A DNA stretch of 64,000 nucleotides from Macrostomum lignano (Eukaryota): assembly GCA_002269645.1 (NCBI GenBank), contig NIVC01002287.1:1-64000 (forward strand), written 5' to 3'. The notes under the pieces were generated by a model. That model made no database searches, was not told where the DNA came from, and saw only the letters and a program-made list of their open reading frames with translations. This document shows positions 1 through 13,500 of this stretch, piece after piece (within the stretch, counting starts at the first letter, position 1; each line of letters starts with the position of its first letter). Made by a program: the position numbers and the translations under genes.

Positions 1-257
1 ATAGTGCAGCATGAGCCTGACCCTAACCCTCCCTCCAGCCAGGTACTTCTGGTCCTTATTACTTTTCTCGAGTCATGAATGCTCATTTCCTTAAAATTCG
101 AGCTCTCACACGTACGCAGAGTCTCAGAGTGTACAAGAGCCCTTACCTTTCATCGTCAGGCATTTACAACACGTGTGGCCCTGATGAGCGGAAACGCTTT
201 ATAAGGTCTTGTTACGACTTCTCCTCTAGCGAAGACAGTGAGCCAAGACCAACAAGG

Positions 258-3200
258 TCACATATTTGCACTCTTAGACGAGCGTCCTAATTCATCGTTT
301 AATTATTTTTTATTTCAAGGCATAAAGCATCGCTTCTTTAGCTCATGACTGGTTGTGAGTATCAAATTTTCGCACCTGGAATTTCGGCCGACGCCACCGC
401 CATCTCCACGCCGTCGTCTTCGCTCTCTTTCCGATCGAATCCGCCGGACGCGTCGGCCCAGTTTTCCCTGGAGCTCCGACGCGACGAAGCGGCAGCCGCG
501 GTCGCAGTCGCCACCGCCTCCGTTGTCGCTTCCAAGCTTCGCAATCGACGCCGAATCGTTGGCGGCGGCGTTGTCGGCGGTCTCGGCGAAATTTCCTGGA
601 AATTTTGTTTAATTACGCTGTTGCCTTAGTATAAGTTTATTTTCATAATGTTTTTCTAAAATGACGTGCATATCATATTGTACCATATTGTTACCACGGT
701 GCGCGAATAGCAGAAATTGTTTTCCAAATCATTTCTATTTTTAAAAATTAACTCATCCATGGCCAAGCTAATTTTCTTATACAATAGAAGTGAAGCTGGC
801 GTCATCGGTAGTGAGGTGGGTGCTGGGAGGGGCAGAAATATAAAACGAGAATGGGAAATGAGTGCGCTCAGTGCATTTTCTATATAGTTAGGCGAGTGAC
901 TGCGACACAAAGAGTGCATGCTATTTAAATGAGAAAGGACAGTGGCAGAAACAGTTGTCTACAAGACTGAGACGAGGAACTTGTCCCAGATCCTCACGTG
1001 GACACTTGGCTTCCTGTCTGCGCCATCGTTTGAGCTGCCAGCCTCATCATTGTCCGCAGACTCCGAGGCCGCATAATTTCTGTTGTATTCCGCTGGCTCG
1101 GGCGGCACTGCAAAGCCGCTCTGCTTCGTCAACTGCGCTTTCTTGGCTCGGCGCGGCGTCGGCGCCGACGGCCTGCCGGCCTCCTCGTCGTCGTCGATTT
1201 CAGCGCCGTCCGACTCGTAACAGGAGGCGTCGAGACCGATGATCGACGAAGAGTCGGCGCGTTGGCGGCTCTGCGACGGCGCTGGCTGCATCCGGGGAGT
1301 TCGCGGAGTTCGCGGAGTCCGTGGCGTCCGCGGAGTACGCGGCGCAGACGAGGTCAAATTCGAGCTGCTGGGCTGCGGCAGGCGGGCGGCCTCGGGCGCA
1401 TGGTGAACAGGTTGCTGGCCGACCCGCCACCGGCGCTCCCACTCTGCGACTGGGATTTGGGCCCGTGCCCGGCTCCGGCAGCAGAGGATGCGGCTGCTGA
1501 TGGCTGCTGCTGGGAGCACGGGCTGGGGAACTTTGCCAGCAGCTGGCGGCGCAGGGGATGGTTAGGAGTTCGGGAGTAATTAGCTGTCACTGAGAGGAGA
1601 TAAAAGCCGCCTACTGTAAGTAGTGTTAGTTGGAAACTCTTCAACCTGAGGTGCAGCCGGCATATCAGTTGGATTAGTGGATTGTCATAAACTGCAATCA
1701 ATCAATACCAAATAAGTTGTTCGGAAGCAATTGCTTGAAAAAACAATGTCTACACATGAAACCGACCTTGCACCCTCATTCCACAACAGCCTCCAACTTC
1801 CACTCGGATTCCACAACAGCCTCCAACACACCCAATCGGATTCCACAACACCCTCCAACACACCCACTAGGATTCCACAACAGCCTCCAACACACCCAAT
1901 CGGATTCCAAAACAGCCTCCAACACACCCACTAGGATTCCACAACAGCCTCCAACACACCCAATCGGATTCTACAACAGCCTCCAACACACCCAATAGGA
2001 TTCCACAAGAGCCTCCAACACACCCAATAGGATTCCACAACAGCCTCCAACACACCCAATCGGATTCCACAACAGCCTATTACACCTCGATTCCGCTCAA
2101 GACCTGCACTACACTGGGTCACTCAATCAGCCCTCAGTTACTCAAGTGTCCCCAGGTCCCTCACCATAGGCATGGAGCCTCGAAGCTGCTCGCTCATTGA
2201 GTTCAGATCGAAGGCCGACCCTCCGGCTGCTGCGGTGGCGTCATTGTCGCGGTACCGCTGGCGGAAGTGGCTGGCGATGATCAGCTTGCAGTAGTTGAGG
2301 TGCCTCTGCTTGGCGTAGTCCCACAGCGTGGCGTTGTCGCTGTCCCGGAGCTCCAGGTTGGCTGAGGAATGAACCGTTGCCGATCAGGCATATTTTGAAT
2401 CCAATTTGTAAAAGACTACACGTGAAACCAGCCCCATACCTCCGCTGTCTAGCAGGTAGTTGAGCACCTCACCGTGACCACCCAGAGTGGCCAGGTGAGC
2501 GGCGGTCCTTTGGTCCTGATCTCGCTGGTCGATGGCTTCAACAATGGAGTCTTTGCAGGCCTCCAGGATAAGTTTGCATGCGGCCAGAGATCCTGGTTTT
2601 ATTTTTTTAAAAGTCTAAAATCAGCTCAAGTCCATCTTGCGCCGGAAAAAGCAATTTAGATAAGATTTGACCTACCTTGCTCGGCTGCGACCATCAATGC
2701 ATTTTTGCCACTGTTATCCGTGACCAGCACACTCTGAGCTGTCAGCAGGTTCTGAAGACGATGTGAAGTTACATGCAAGATTAGATTTTTAGAGGGGGTC
2801 TTTGGGGGTCCGCAGCCAGCGAGGATGATGCACGCGGACACGTACGCAGACACTCACATGGGGTGTACAGCGGCATTTTTCCTTTTTCATTTTTGGCCGG
2901 GCTTGGGGAAATAGCTGAGATTTTAAAGTTTTTGGGTGGAATTGCTGAGATGGCAAGACTTATTGGGAAATTGCTAAGATTTCAAAGCAAATAGGATTCA
3001 CATAAATAATTTTCGTAACTTGCTTTTTGGGCGCCCCGAAGGGGGGCACTAGATTGCTAGTCCATTTACTAAAAATGGTTTGTTTCCTCTAAAAACTGCG
3101 CTTATTTTCTTAGAATTCATCAACATGTTTTACAAGAAGTTTACACTGCGCTTACCTTCAAGCACTCTAAAGGCTCCTGTCGTCGCACTGCCCAGTGCAC

Positions 3201-6071
3201 GTAGGTCCTCCCCAATGCGTCTCTGTCGTCCTCGCTGCCGACTGCAGAAGCAGCCGCAAGACGGGCGCTGAGCAGGGCGAAGTGGTCGACCCGGTCCAGG
3301 CGGCAGGCCCACATCGCCGGCGTGGCCTGGTCCGCGTCCCGAACCCGCGGATCCGCCCGGTGGCGCAAAAGCAGCTTCAAGCACTCGGTGCTGGTTGACG
3401 TCACCGACCAGTGCATGGGCGCCCGGCCCAGCACGTCCCGCTCGTCTGGGCTGGCTTCGTACTTTACCAGCAGCTCCGCCAGGTCCGCGTGGCCACGGCT
3501 GATCGCCACGTGAAGGGCGGTTGATCGGTCTGGAGGGTTGGGGTGGGGTGGGGCGTCTGTAGAATCAGAGTGGTCTGTTGTAGAATCAGACTGGCCTGTT
3601 GTGGATTCAGACTGGCTTGTTGTGGATTCAGAATGGCTTGTTGTGGATTCAAGAGTGGCCTGTTGTGGATTCAAGAGTGGCCTGTTGTGGATTCAGAGTG
3701 GCCTGTTGTGGATTTAGAGTGACCTATTCTGGATTCAAAGTGGCCTGTTGTGGATTCAGAGTGGCCTGTTGTGGATTCAAGAGTGACCTATTCTGGATTC
3801 AAAGTGGCCTGCTGTGGATTCAGAGTGGCCTATTGTGGATTCAGAGTGGCCTGTTGTGGATTCAGAGTGGCCTATTGTGGATTCAGAGTGGCCTGTTGTG
3901 GACTCAGAGTGGCCTGTTGTGGAATCAGAGTGGCTTGTGGTAGAATCAGAGGAGCGGATTTGAGTTTCATTTGCATAAAAGTAGCAACCCTAAACAGACT
4001 AAATAATCAAGATACTAATAGTAGTAGTCAGGTGTCGAACCGTGCGCGCAGGCGTTGACGTTGGCCCGGAGCGGAGCAGCCACTCGGCCACGGCGAACTG
4101 GTTGTGCTGCGCCGCGTGCATCAGCGGACTGCGGCCGAAACAGTCGGGCTCGTCAATGCTGCGAGGATCTGGAAATGAATTTGATTAGATTCTCAAGCCA
4201 ATTTCGAGTCTTTTACAATGTTTGGCTTGAATATTTGTGCCTATCATGCAGTTCAAAGTCGGCAGCTGGCTAATGCTCACGCTCCATCTAGCAACATACT
4301 CATCATCGCACCGAGTATGAGTAAAGCTTTACTAGGCAATTAGCTCTGTCTGATCGTCTCTCCCTTGGTGTCTCTCCAATGTGACACGAAATACTCTAGC
4401 CAAATGGACAGCGATGTATTTTAAAGGAAAGCGTATAGACGCATTGATTATGATTAGTAAGCTGGTAACACTGGTTTTGCATGTACTTTAAACAGGACAA
4501 TTGAAGTACGAATACCTATACTCGAACATTATACTCGAACATTCGAAGATTATAAATTTACGGCCGCTGTACACCCTGAATGAGCGTGTGCACGAGTGCG
4601 TGACTGTGTACAGTATTCGCGCGCTTGTATGCGCACAGCAGTGTTGGGCACTTCCATTACCGAGTAACTTGCAAATGGTAACGCAAGTTACTTTTTCGTA
4701 AAGCGTTCCTTTTTAAAGTTACTTTTTTATTTTAGTAACGGAGTAACGGTAAGTTACTAAATTTCGAAAGTCCATTACAGTTACTTTGCAACAATCGCAA
4801 TATTTAAATTTGAAACTGAAATGCTTAGCTAGTACGCTGGTTGTCACATTTTTTGCATTTTTCATTCCTAAATTCAAAATTAAGTGAATAGTATCATATG
4901 GTATTGCGCTTATTTAATGAAGAAATACTTGAAACATGTTTTACTTTGTTAATTTCGGTAAAATATTTTCGCCTTTCATTTTCGTTACTAAAAATTTTCA
5001 AGTTTGATTCAAACAAACAACCAAAGAAAGAAATTCACCTGTAGCCTCCACAAGTCCCTCCACTGGCACTGCAGTACATTACACCATTTTATACGGTTCT
5101 ATTTATTTTACTCTATTGAATTATTGATATTCGTTTATTTTATCATTTATAATTTTAATTAAATTGATTGCCATTGCCCATTGGTCCTTCTACTTGCCTC
5201 ACATCGTGTCGCCAATTCCTGTCTCTGTCTGTTAATCGGTTAATCCCAATGCCCAATGGCAAATTTCGGTAACAACAATGTGAAAAAATGTGCAATGTGA
5301 AAATTTTGGTAATAACATGGGTATCGGAAGTGAGTAACGGACAGTAACTTAAAAGTTACCAAGTTTTTGTCTAAAGTTACTAGGCTAACATAAGTTACTT
5401 TTTAAAAATTGGTAACTTAAGTTACAGTAATGCAAGTTGCTTTTTTGAGTAACTTGCCCAACACTGGTGCTCAGGAGTCATGTGATGGGCAGCATTGCCC
5501 CCCATTCGGTGTCGTCATCCCAAAACCACATCCCGACAGTCCTCCTGCGAGTATTTATATTAACTTTATATTTGCAGCCGATCAGGCTTTCGAAAAGCTT
5601 TGTAAACCGTAATCCCATGATGCTAGAATTCTTCTCTAGAGGAAAATATTAATTATTTTCGTTGTGGAGAAAAGTGCAGCTCACCTTTTTTAAACAGCGT
5701 TTTCAGCGTCTCGAGATCGCCATTCCGGCTGACCGTCACGGACAGCGGCGCGCCGCTCTGCATGCCGGAGTCCTGCGTTGCGGCCACGTTGCCGAATCTT
5801 CGACTGTCGACCTCCGGCCAGCGCCACTGGAACTTGTCCGGCGAGTCGCTGAACGGCGTCATCGGCGACTGCAGGCCTCGAGCCGAGGAAGCGCCGCTCT
5901 GAAGTGACGGCGTCTCCCTGCCGCGGGTCTCCACCCGCCTGCGCATGGAGCGGTAGTACTTCTGCATGTACAGAAGAGCCAGGTTGAGAGTGTCGCGAAC
6001 TTCGGCGCATTCCGGCGTGAAGTCCAGCTTCAATAGGAACTGGTGAATGTAGGCCGCTGTCTTTTGAAAGT
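258..6071 (-). CDS. Multi-exon ankyrin-repeat protein (inversin/ANKRD55-like repeats) with low-complexity C-terminus
   Basis: Phase-consistent GT-AG exons: 6071-5685, 4168-4041, 3529-3156, 2751-2676, 2592-2440, 2361-2165, ~1589-998, 595-376, and a tentative last exon 286-258. Ankyrin motifs: FGRSPLMHAAQHNQ, RSTALHVAISRGHADLAELLV, LGRAPMHWSV, SGKNALMVAAEQG, QRTAAHLATLGGHGEVLNYLLDSG. Possible first coding exon 7216-7195 (MMTVKRK, phase 1). Exon 4168-4041 is one base short. Phase of the 2165/1589 junction is unresolved. Confidence 0.85.
1790..2085. repeat. Intronic minisatellite, ~32-bp unit
   Basis: GGATTCCACAACAGCCTCCAACACACCCAATC tandem copies. Confidence 0.9.
3560..3945. repeat. Intronic minisatellite, 21-bp unit
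   Basis: GTGGATTCAGAGTGGCCTGTT tandem copies. Confidence 0.9.
4639..5466. mobile_element. hAT-like non-autonomous DNA transposon (MITE)
   Basis: 12-bp terminal inverted repeat CAGTGTTGGGCA...TGCCCAACACTG; many subterminal GTAAC/GTTAC motifs; flanking 8-mers GCGCACAG and GTGCTCAG match at 6/8, consistent with a decayed 8-bp TSD. Confidence 0.7.
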
Positions 6072-6358
6072 CTGGGAGCACAAAATTAAAGGTACCATTA
6101 AATTAGGGTTGCCGATTTGAAAATTGTTGAATATTACTTTTATCCTGTAATTTCTACATGTAACAAAAGTATGGAGCTTCTACTGTATGTTCAGTATGTT
6201 TTAAGCGTCAGTAATTGTTCAAATATTCGTGTAACAGAGGTCTGGTATTACAGCGAGGGCATATTCTTTATATTCAGTTTCTTCTCCTATCTGAATTCGA
6301 ATTATCTAAAGAAGCATAACTTAGCTGACATTTAGACTTCAACTTTTAATGCTATGTA

Positions 6359-6744
6359 CAGGGTGTCCCATAAGTAACTTTACAACTTGTTTCGTGAATA
6401 ACTTTGTGATTAATGCTTGGATCCCCACCAGATTTTAGCATAGGAAAATATATAGAAAATGGTTTTTTTGACACCAAAAGCATGTTCATACGTTAAAAAA
6501 TACAGTCCGTTCAGGGTCCTTTGATGTGGCCACCGCCGTTTGTAAGGCAGGCCTCCAGCCGCCGCGGAAAGTCCAGCAGTTGGTAAGCGTCTCAGGCGAA
6601 ATCTGGGCCTGATATGAACATGCTTTTGGTGTCAAAAAATCCCTTTTCTATATATTTTCCTATGCTAAAATCTGGTTGGGATCCAAGCATTAATCACAAA
6701 GTTATTCACGAAACAAGTTGTAAAGTTACTTATGGGACACCCTG
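6359..6744 (-). mobile_element. Tc1/mariner-family deletion derivative (MITE) with ~130-bp TIRs
   Basis: TA|CAGGGTGTCCCATAAGTAAC...GTTACTTATGGGACACCCTG|TA. The internal segment reads FPRRLEACLTNGGGHIKGP* on the minus strand, the typical Tc1/mariner transposase C-terminus. Confidence 0.85.
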
Positions 6745-8645
6745 TATATATTTATATAAAACAAATAAAATGTGAATTTTTTTAAAAGCTGCATATGAAA
6801 TTTGATAAATCAATTTTATAAAACTTTAAACTGGACAGCAATAATTTTACTTTTAAAAGTCATGGGAATTGTCAATTACAGTACATAAGTCAGACACAGT
6901 CAGATAAAATCCGTAGTCTCAAAATATTGAGCGAAATTTGTCAGAAGATGCGTATGTCAGCTATAAATGCGACTACTAAAGCATCATTGAGGTATGAACT
7001 CAATTTTAATAGATTGCATAGTAAATCAAAATAAAAACATTCGGGAGTCTAGAAGTATAGAAGCAGCATAGAAGCAGTCTGTAGAGTCTGTACGACTGTA
7101 TCCCAAACTTCAGAGAACAGAAAAGCCAAAAAAGACAAAACTATGCACACTTTCAAATACTTATGCTATAAATATTCAAGAACAATAAATTTACCTTTTC
7201 TTTTAACAGTCATCATTCATTCGCTTTACTTCGCTAAAGACGATAGTAATTTTTTCATACTATGTTATTTTTCGTCCCTTTGACTTTTCGCTATAAATTC
7301 TTTGTCCAAAACCAAAGCAATAGATAAATTCGTTATCAAAGAACTAAAGAAAACTAAAAGTACTTGTTTTTTATATAGATATATTTTAAAAGAATTTTAG
7401 AAGAGATTTTTAAAGCAAATTTTATAAAAAATAGGAAAATAAGAAAAGAAACACCTGAAGGCAGCCGGGAAAAAGGAAACTTATGGCTAATTCGAAATCT
7501 TCATCGTCAGTGTAAATACTTAAGTAACTTTAACAAATTCAACAACGAAGCAGTAATAATAGCATCTCAGGCTGAATTGATTACGCTTTTGTTAACGATA
7601 AAAAAATAAAATAAATATTGCCTTTCAAAAACAATAAAAAATTTCTGTTTAAACCAAGCCTGACTATTTAACTTTTCCGTGTTCTATCAATTTATAAAAC
7701 GGGCGGTAAACACTTGAAGAGGGGATTCTTTAAGTTTTAGAATAAGTATCTTTATATACATACGATAATTCCATGAAGGGATTTCGCTGCAAAAAGTGAA
7801 ATGGTTATTTTGTTTCGAATATAAATGCAATTTACACATTTAAACTATGCTCCTCAGACCTCAGCTCATTGACTGACAGATCCAGAAATAGGGGCAAGAG
7901 GCCATGCTTTGTTCAGCTGAGCCAAAATTTTATTTTTATATCTTTTTGCCCTGCTCAAGAAATTTCTGGACCTATGATACTTATTTTGTAGAAACTTAGT
8001 ATTATAGGCTGTCAGAATTGTCCTACTCAATTTTTTAGGTGTAAAATAAAATATTTGTTATAGTTGTTTTAAATTTTTTTGAGATATAATATGTTTCCTA
8101 TATGGAAAATTTTTTTAAGTTAAATAGAATTTTTATGTGAATATATTTGATTTCTATTGTTTTTCTAAATCTGAAAATTTGTATACAAGACAAATATTTA
8201 TAGCATGATTATGCATATTATGACAAAGCCAACCTAAAAATGGAAGCAAAACAAAAAGCTATGCCTCAGATGAATATTCAAAATAGGTTTATAGGCAGCT
8301 ATTATCATGAATTCAAGTAGCAAAAGACAAGGTAGATAATTTATAATTTAATTTAACTTTTATAGTCGATAAAACTCTCATTTATATCCAAGTGGTTTTA
8401 TCTAAACTTCATATTCAATTTTATTTAAGGATAGAATGTTTTGCTCAAGTACAAGAATATTTTTAATTTTTCAGCATCATTTTAATCTTATATTTGGGCT
8501 AATAATATACTTACTAAATGCTAAATATTTAATTGAAGGTTCATTTAATTTCTAATCATTGTTTGTTTTACTGATTAAAAAATCAGAATCTTTTCAAAAC
8601 TGACTACTTCAGCAAGCCAGGCCAGGGCGCTACTGACTGAATAGA

Positions 8646-9044
8646 ATGCTTCGCAAAATCATTGCAACCACATCTGCTCCCGCTGCAGTTGGGCCATACA
8701 GCCAGGCAGTGCAGCTCGGCCAGACTCTGTACATGTCTGGTCAGATCGGCCTCAACCCTGCCACCATGCAGATGGCCGGGCCAGATGTTGAGTCGCAGGC
8801 TGAGCAGGTGCTAATTAACATGGCGGCTGTGCTGAAAGCGGCCGGCTCAGACATGAGCAAGGTGGTGAAGACCACGGTGCTGCTGGCCGATATGAACGAC
8901 TTTGCCAGGGTGAACGCCATCTACGCCAAGCATTTCAGCGAGCCATTCCCAGCCAGGGCCTGCTACCAGGCAGCTGGCTTGCCCAAGCAGGCCCTGGTGG
9001 AGATTGAGGCTGTAGCCGCTGTTGGCGACGTTAAAGACGAATGA
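8646..9044 (+). CDS. RIDA: RidA (YjgF/YER057c/UK114) 2-iminopropanoate/enamine deaminase, single coding exon
   Basis: 132 aa with family motifs PAAVGPYSQAV, LYMSGQIG, VKTTVLL, catalytic Arg in PARAC and VEIEAVA; AATAAA at 9311. Confidence 0.95.
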   Translation: MLRKIIATTSAPAAVGPYSQAVQLGQTLYMSGQIGLNPATMQMAGPDVESQAEQVLINMAAVLKAAGSDMSKVVKTTVLLADMNDFARVNAIYAKHFSEPFPARACYQAAGLPKQALVEIEAVAAVGDVKDE

Positions 9045-9439
9045 TGAAGCTTAATGAATTATGCTTGACAAAGTTGATCTAATATTGATTTGCAGTTACA
9101 TCTGATTCAACACTATTGTTGTCACTAGCAATATCCAAGAATGATCCAAGAATGCTTTGGCGCCTTAATTGCTAGACTGTCCTGGTGATTCAACTCAAAG
9201 TAGTGGCTGTTTTTACTGAGCACACGCAATCGAACACAACTGTATTCCTTTTCTAACATTAATTGTAGACACATACAGGCATTGTTAATCATTCCTTTAC
9301 ACTATAAATCAATAAATTTTAGTAAGTTAATAGAAATAATAGTCTTCCAATTTTGCACTTAAATGTTCGAGGCCTATTTTATTTGATAATATTTGACACT
9401 ATTTCTTTCTGTCAATGGCAGTGTCACAGTGCGCGCCCC

Positions 9440-9940
9440 AGGGCCTGGGCGCTTCTCTCTGTCAGGTAGGACAGAGTCCGGGGCGCCGGCATCAGCCAGC
9501 GGCAGTCGATAAAGCGCCGAATGCGCGTTTGTCCGCTCTTGTAGGGTGCCGTCAACGTCAAGATATAGCACACGTCGCTTGAACGGACTAGGTCGGCGCG
9601 GTGATTAAGTGCCGTTTTGGTGACGACGATCTTGAAGGCGAGAGGCATTACTGCCCATTCCGTCGACTCCCCTGATCAGGCACACAAGCGCGCGGATACG
9701 TACGCAGTCATACGCACAGGCACACACTCACACAGGAGTGCACAGTGGCCCTAACTTTATTTATCGTTAGGCATGTACACTTCCCTGTGCCTTGAGGGGG
9801 TTGGCCCTAAATGGCGTTAATTGCACGAGCAGAGCCAAGCCGAGATTCTAATTTAGCTCCAAATTAATGTGACTGCACTTGGAATCGAGCCTGGGCCGCT
9901 GGGACATCGGAACGCCGCCCTGGACCACTGGGCTACTGCT
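9440..9940 (-). mobile_element. tRNA-derived SINE, family A (second copy)
   Basis: A box TAGCCCAGTGG and B-box variant GGCTCGATTCC on the minus strand; body resembles the 4560/5467 and 12880 copies (GGAGTC..GATGGGCAG..TGTCGTCA). Confidence 0.55.
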
Positions 9941-10519
9941 CCCGGAAATTACACTTGCGGAGGTACTGCTTCAGGAGTTCCGCTTAAAATCTTCGCGATG
10001 ATGTTAGAATGGTTAAACAATAAAATGTAAATAAACAGATATCTTTAGTTTGGTTAATAAATAACTATACTTACTACTGACCTTGGGCACTGTCAGTAGT
10101 GTCAGCAATCACTCTCAACATTCCTGGGTGTGGTACGCAACTATCAACCCTGAGCTATCGGCTCCTAATGCCCCCCCCCCCATTTTTCAGCTCGTGGGTA
10201 TGCGAAAGTCGCACTTGTAGCTGCTGCTGACTAAGTTCGCTTTCTCTCTCGCATAATTCCATTTGTAGACTGGCGCCTGTGCAAAACTGTTTATGCAACA
10301 AGGTACGGTATATCAAATAATCTAATCTGCATGTCCGCTCTTTGTGCATTGGTCAGGCTACAAAGTTAATGTATTCGCCACTTTAATGTTAGTCGCGGGC
10401 CGATTGCTCCAACAGACCCCAACATATTGCTTTATTCGGTACGTGAAAGCAGTGGCAAACCTTAACAGTTTTTCAGTGCTTTTGACATAAAACAGAAACT
10501 GGTTTGCATCTTAGAAAGC

Positions 10520-13500
10520 ATGATAGCAAGGGAGTCTGTTTTGCTGCCACTGCTGCTGCTGGTTGTGCTTCACTTCCTACCCATTCAGCAGGCCCAGCTG
10601 CCTGATGAAGCATCGCTCATGGCCATCTTTGTCGGACGGTGCAATGAATTCCAGCTGCTGCGACACCCGGAACTATTCCCTCAGATGTGAGTGCCGGGCG
10701 GTCAATGCAGTAGTTGTCAGGGAGACGCGGGGGGCATCATTTCATAGGGACAGTAGTTAATGCCAAACGCAGTCCGCAATCAGTTAATCGCGGCTTACTG
10801 TTGTTGATCTGTCAGTTTTTGTAAAAGCCAGTCTATAAAAAAACGGCATTCAGGAGTCAAAGATTGATGCAGCGTCCAGACTCCAAGAGTTTCAGCTGCA
10901 TCTATTTGATCGAGATAGTTGTAAAGTAGCGAGGTATTTAAAATCGTCATCAGAGAATTATCAATAAAAGCTTACTTGACAAGCGCCATTAAAAGCTTTA
11001 AGGTACACGATGCATCACGAATATACACTATGCAGTACTTTATTGCCTATATGATCGTCTACGTCCTAATTGACAGCTGAAATTTATTAATCATGTCATG
11101 GCTGATTTAAACATTTCCTCAAATTAGACAGACAAAACATATCGAAAGCGCACTAAATTGTTTCTATGCTCGGTATATCTTGCCATAGAATAAAACTTTG
11201 TCTCCTTTAAGTTTGAGTTTTAAAGGCTCCGCCCCCAAAGAAAAACTCCGCCCCCAAAAAAACAGTTTTGTCTCCGCCCCCCACGCCCTCATCCTGCTCC
11301 CTCAGTTTTCATTCAATCCGTGCATACATAAGGTGCCATTTTGTAGATAATTGATAGATTTAGTGCATGGGAGTATTTTCGCAATACGTTTGTATGCAAA
11401 GTTTTCGAGCTATCTGCAAAAATCAAATTTCGTACATAATTAGTACTTCAATTGGGTATTACGGGCAGATAAAAATTGACGCATTTAAACAAAAATCCAA
11501 ATATCATTCTATAATTCCCTGTGATTTTAATCATCTAAGTTAATTAGATTGTTTGCTACATACAGCAGTTGCTTATTTTTGCGGGTTACATTTTCACTGA
11601 AAAAAGGGCCGTTTTGGATGTTTTTTTGAGATTTTTCGAATACAAAAGAGGTATCGAATATCCGTTTTTGTTATTTCATTGTAAAATTCCATCTTTTCTA
11701 CGCATTTTGACACCTGGCACAAATTAAGGGACCAGACGTAAAATTTAGAGCAGTTCTTTATCGAAATTCATCATCCAAAATTGTGACCAGACCACCTTTG
11801 CTAGCGATGGCAAAATATTTCTATCGTGGTTAATGATAGCATAAACAAGGAGAAATTATTCATCTTTGACCAAATCAACCATCGAAGAGTAGGTTCCTTC
11901 AATGCAATTGTCCGAATATGCACTGACTGCAAATACAGTCGTGAGTATGGCTGTAATCACAGTGACGAAGACGTTCATCGCAAAGAACACTTTGTCGGCT
12001 GACGCTACAACAATGCTCCACTCATTGTCTTGCAGGGGACTTGGCGGGATGTCTCCATCAGAGACCTCAGTCTGGTCAGCTGTATCTTGAGCAGCATGCA
12101 CCTGTGGTTTCCTCCCAGTCACGAGTCGGTTAAGGAATAGAGCACGGATCAGCCGGTTGCTGACGTGAGCGCTGTTGTGCTGCTTGGAGTGACACCTCAG
12201 CACGAATATGTTGCAAAGCGCGTTCAGAATTGTCATCACTGCTGCGATGCTGAAGTACCAAGCTGCAATGGAAATTGTGACCACATGAGCGTACATGTAC
12301 GTACAGAGATTTGGTCAGCAGAACGAATATCTCGCGACTCACTGATGAGTGGTACGGACTCGCTCTGCGTGGGCGTGTAGTTGCCAGCCAGCTGCAGGAA
12401 CACGTACATCGACAGCACGATGGTGATGCTGAAGGAGACTCGCTCACCGCAGTCTGGAGGCATTCGGAATGCGAATGCAGAGATGGCGAGCAGGAGGATG
12501 CTCGGAAAGAGCAGGTTCGTCACGTAGAACGCCGACCGTCTCTTAAAAGAAGCAATGCAATCAAATATTTTCAGGTCGATGTGTTCAAATTGGTCCATTC
12601 AAAAGACTACCGAGGCTTTTTGAACGCGCGAAATGATCAGTTCCGTGCGAAGTTTAGCAACTTGCACAGTCCCTAGAGCCAAAATCAAATGGTAAATGTG
12701 TATAAACTAATCTACGTTTGCATTTAATGATTGGATCATCAGGTCCACGATCCTACTTTCGGCTCTAATGAGTGGGCTAAAATGTGTATTTCATATGAGT
12801 TATAGATAGGCTCTATAGGTTGAAAGAAGCCTGAAGTCCCGTAAGGCTTAAACGGAGCTGCAATAATAATAATCACAGGATGCTGTGGACACCCTGACGC
12901 AACGCCTTCAGTGACATCTCCGCTGACTCCTGAGCACATGCAAGCGCGCACCAATACTGTGCACAGTGACGCACTCATACAGCACGCTCACACAGGCTGT
13001 ACAGCGGCCAGCTGACTTGCTAATCGTCAGATTTGAGACAGGTACATTCTCTGCGCCTTTGATATTGATTATCACAGGTGTGAGAATCACGGAATCGAAC
13101 CCGGGTCATGTTGCGAGAGTCAGACACATTTTACCGCTGAGCTACGAAATCATCCTTAGAAAGTTTAGCGAACATAATGATTTCTTACCTGAAATTTAAG
13201 CACAAGAATAACTGCATCAACTACATCCAATCGATGCTCCTCTAAAAATACTCTCTTGATGCAGAATTCGTTGTTCCTTGACAAGTATTTTTCCGGAGGA
13301 AAGTCTCTGTCGAAATGTATCTTCAGCATTGTTTGGTCAGGTGAATTTTTAGACCTGATGCTAAAGCCGCATTTCTGACTGTCAAAGGGAAAATATTGCA
13401 TCTCCATCTGACACTTAAACGTGACAAGCAGCACTTTCTCGTGTCGAACCAATCCATAGTTATAAATTGAAACAGGTGGCTCATCCAGTGAAATATCATT

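Noticed and set aside
9424-9648. ORF with PX-domain-like RRFIDCRWL
   Set aside because: It lies in the SINE family A body shared with 5467-5530; there is no splice context.
13085-13145. tRNA gene candidates (also ~9880-9940 and ~15590-15650)
   Set aside because: A and B boxes are present, but I could not fold a cloverleaf, and each continues into a shared repeat body, so they are SINE heads.
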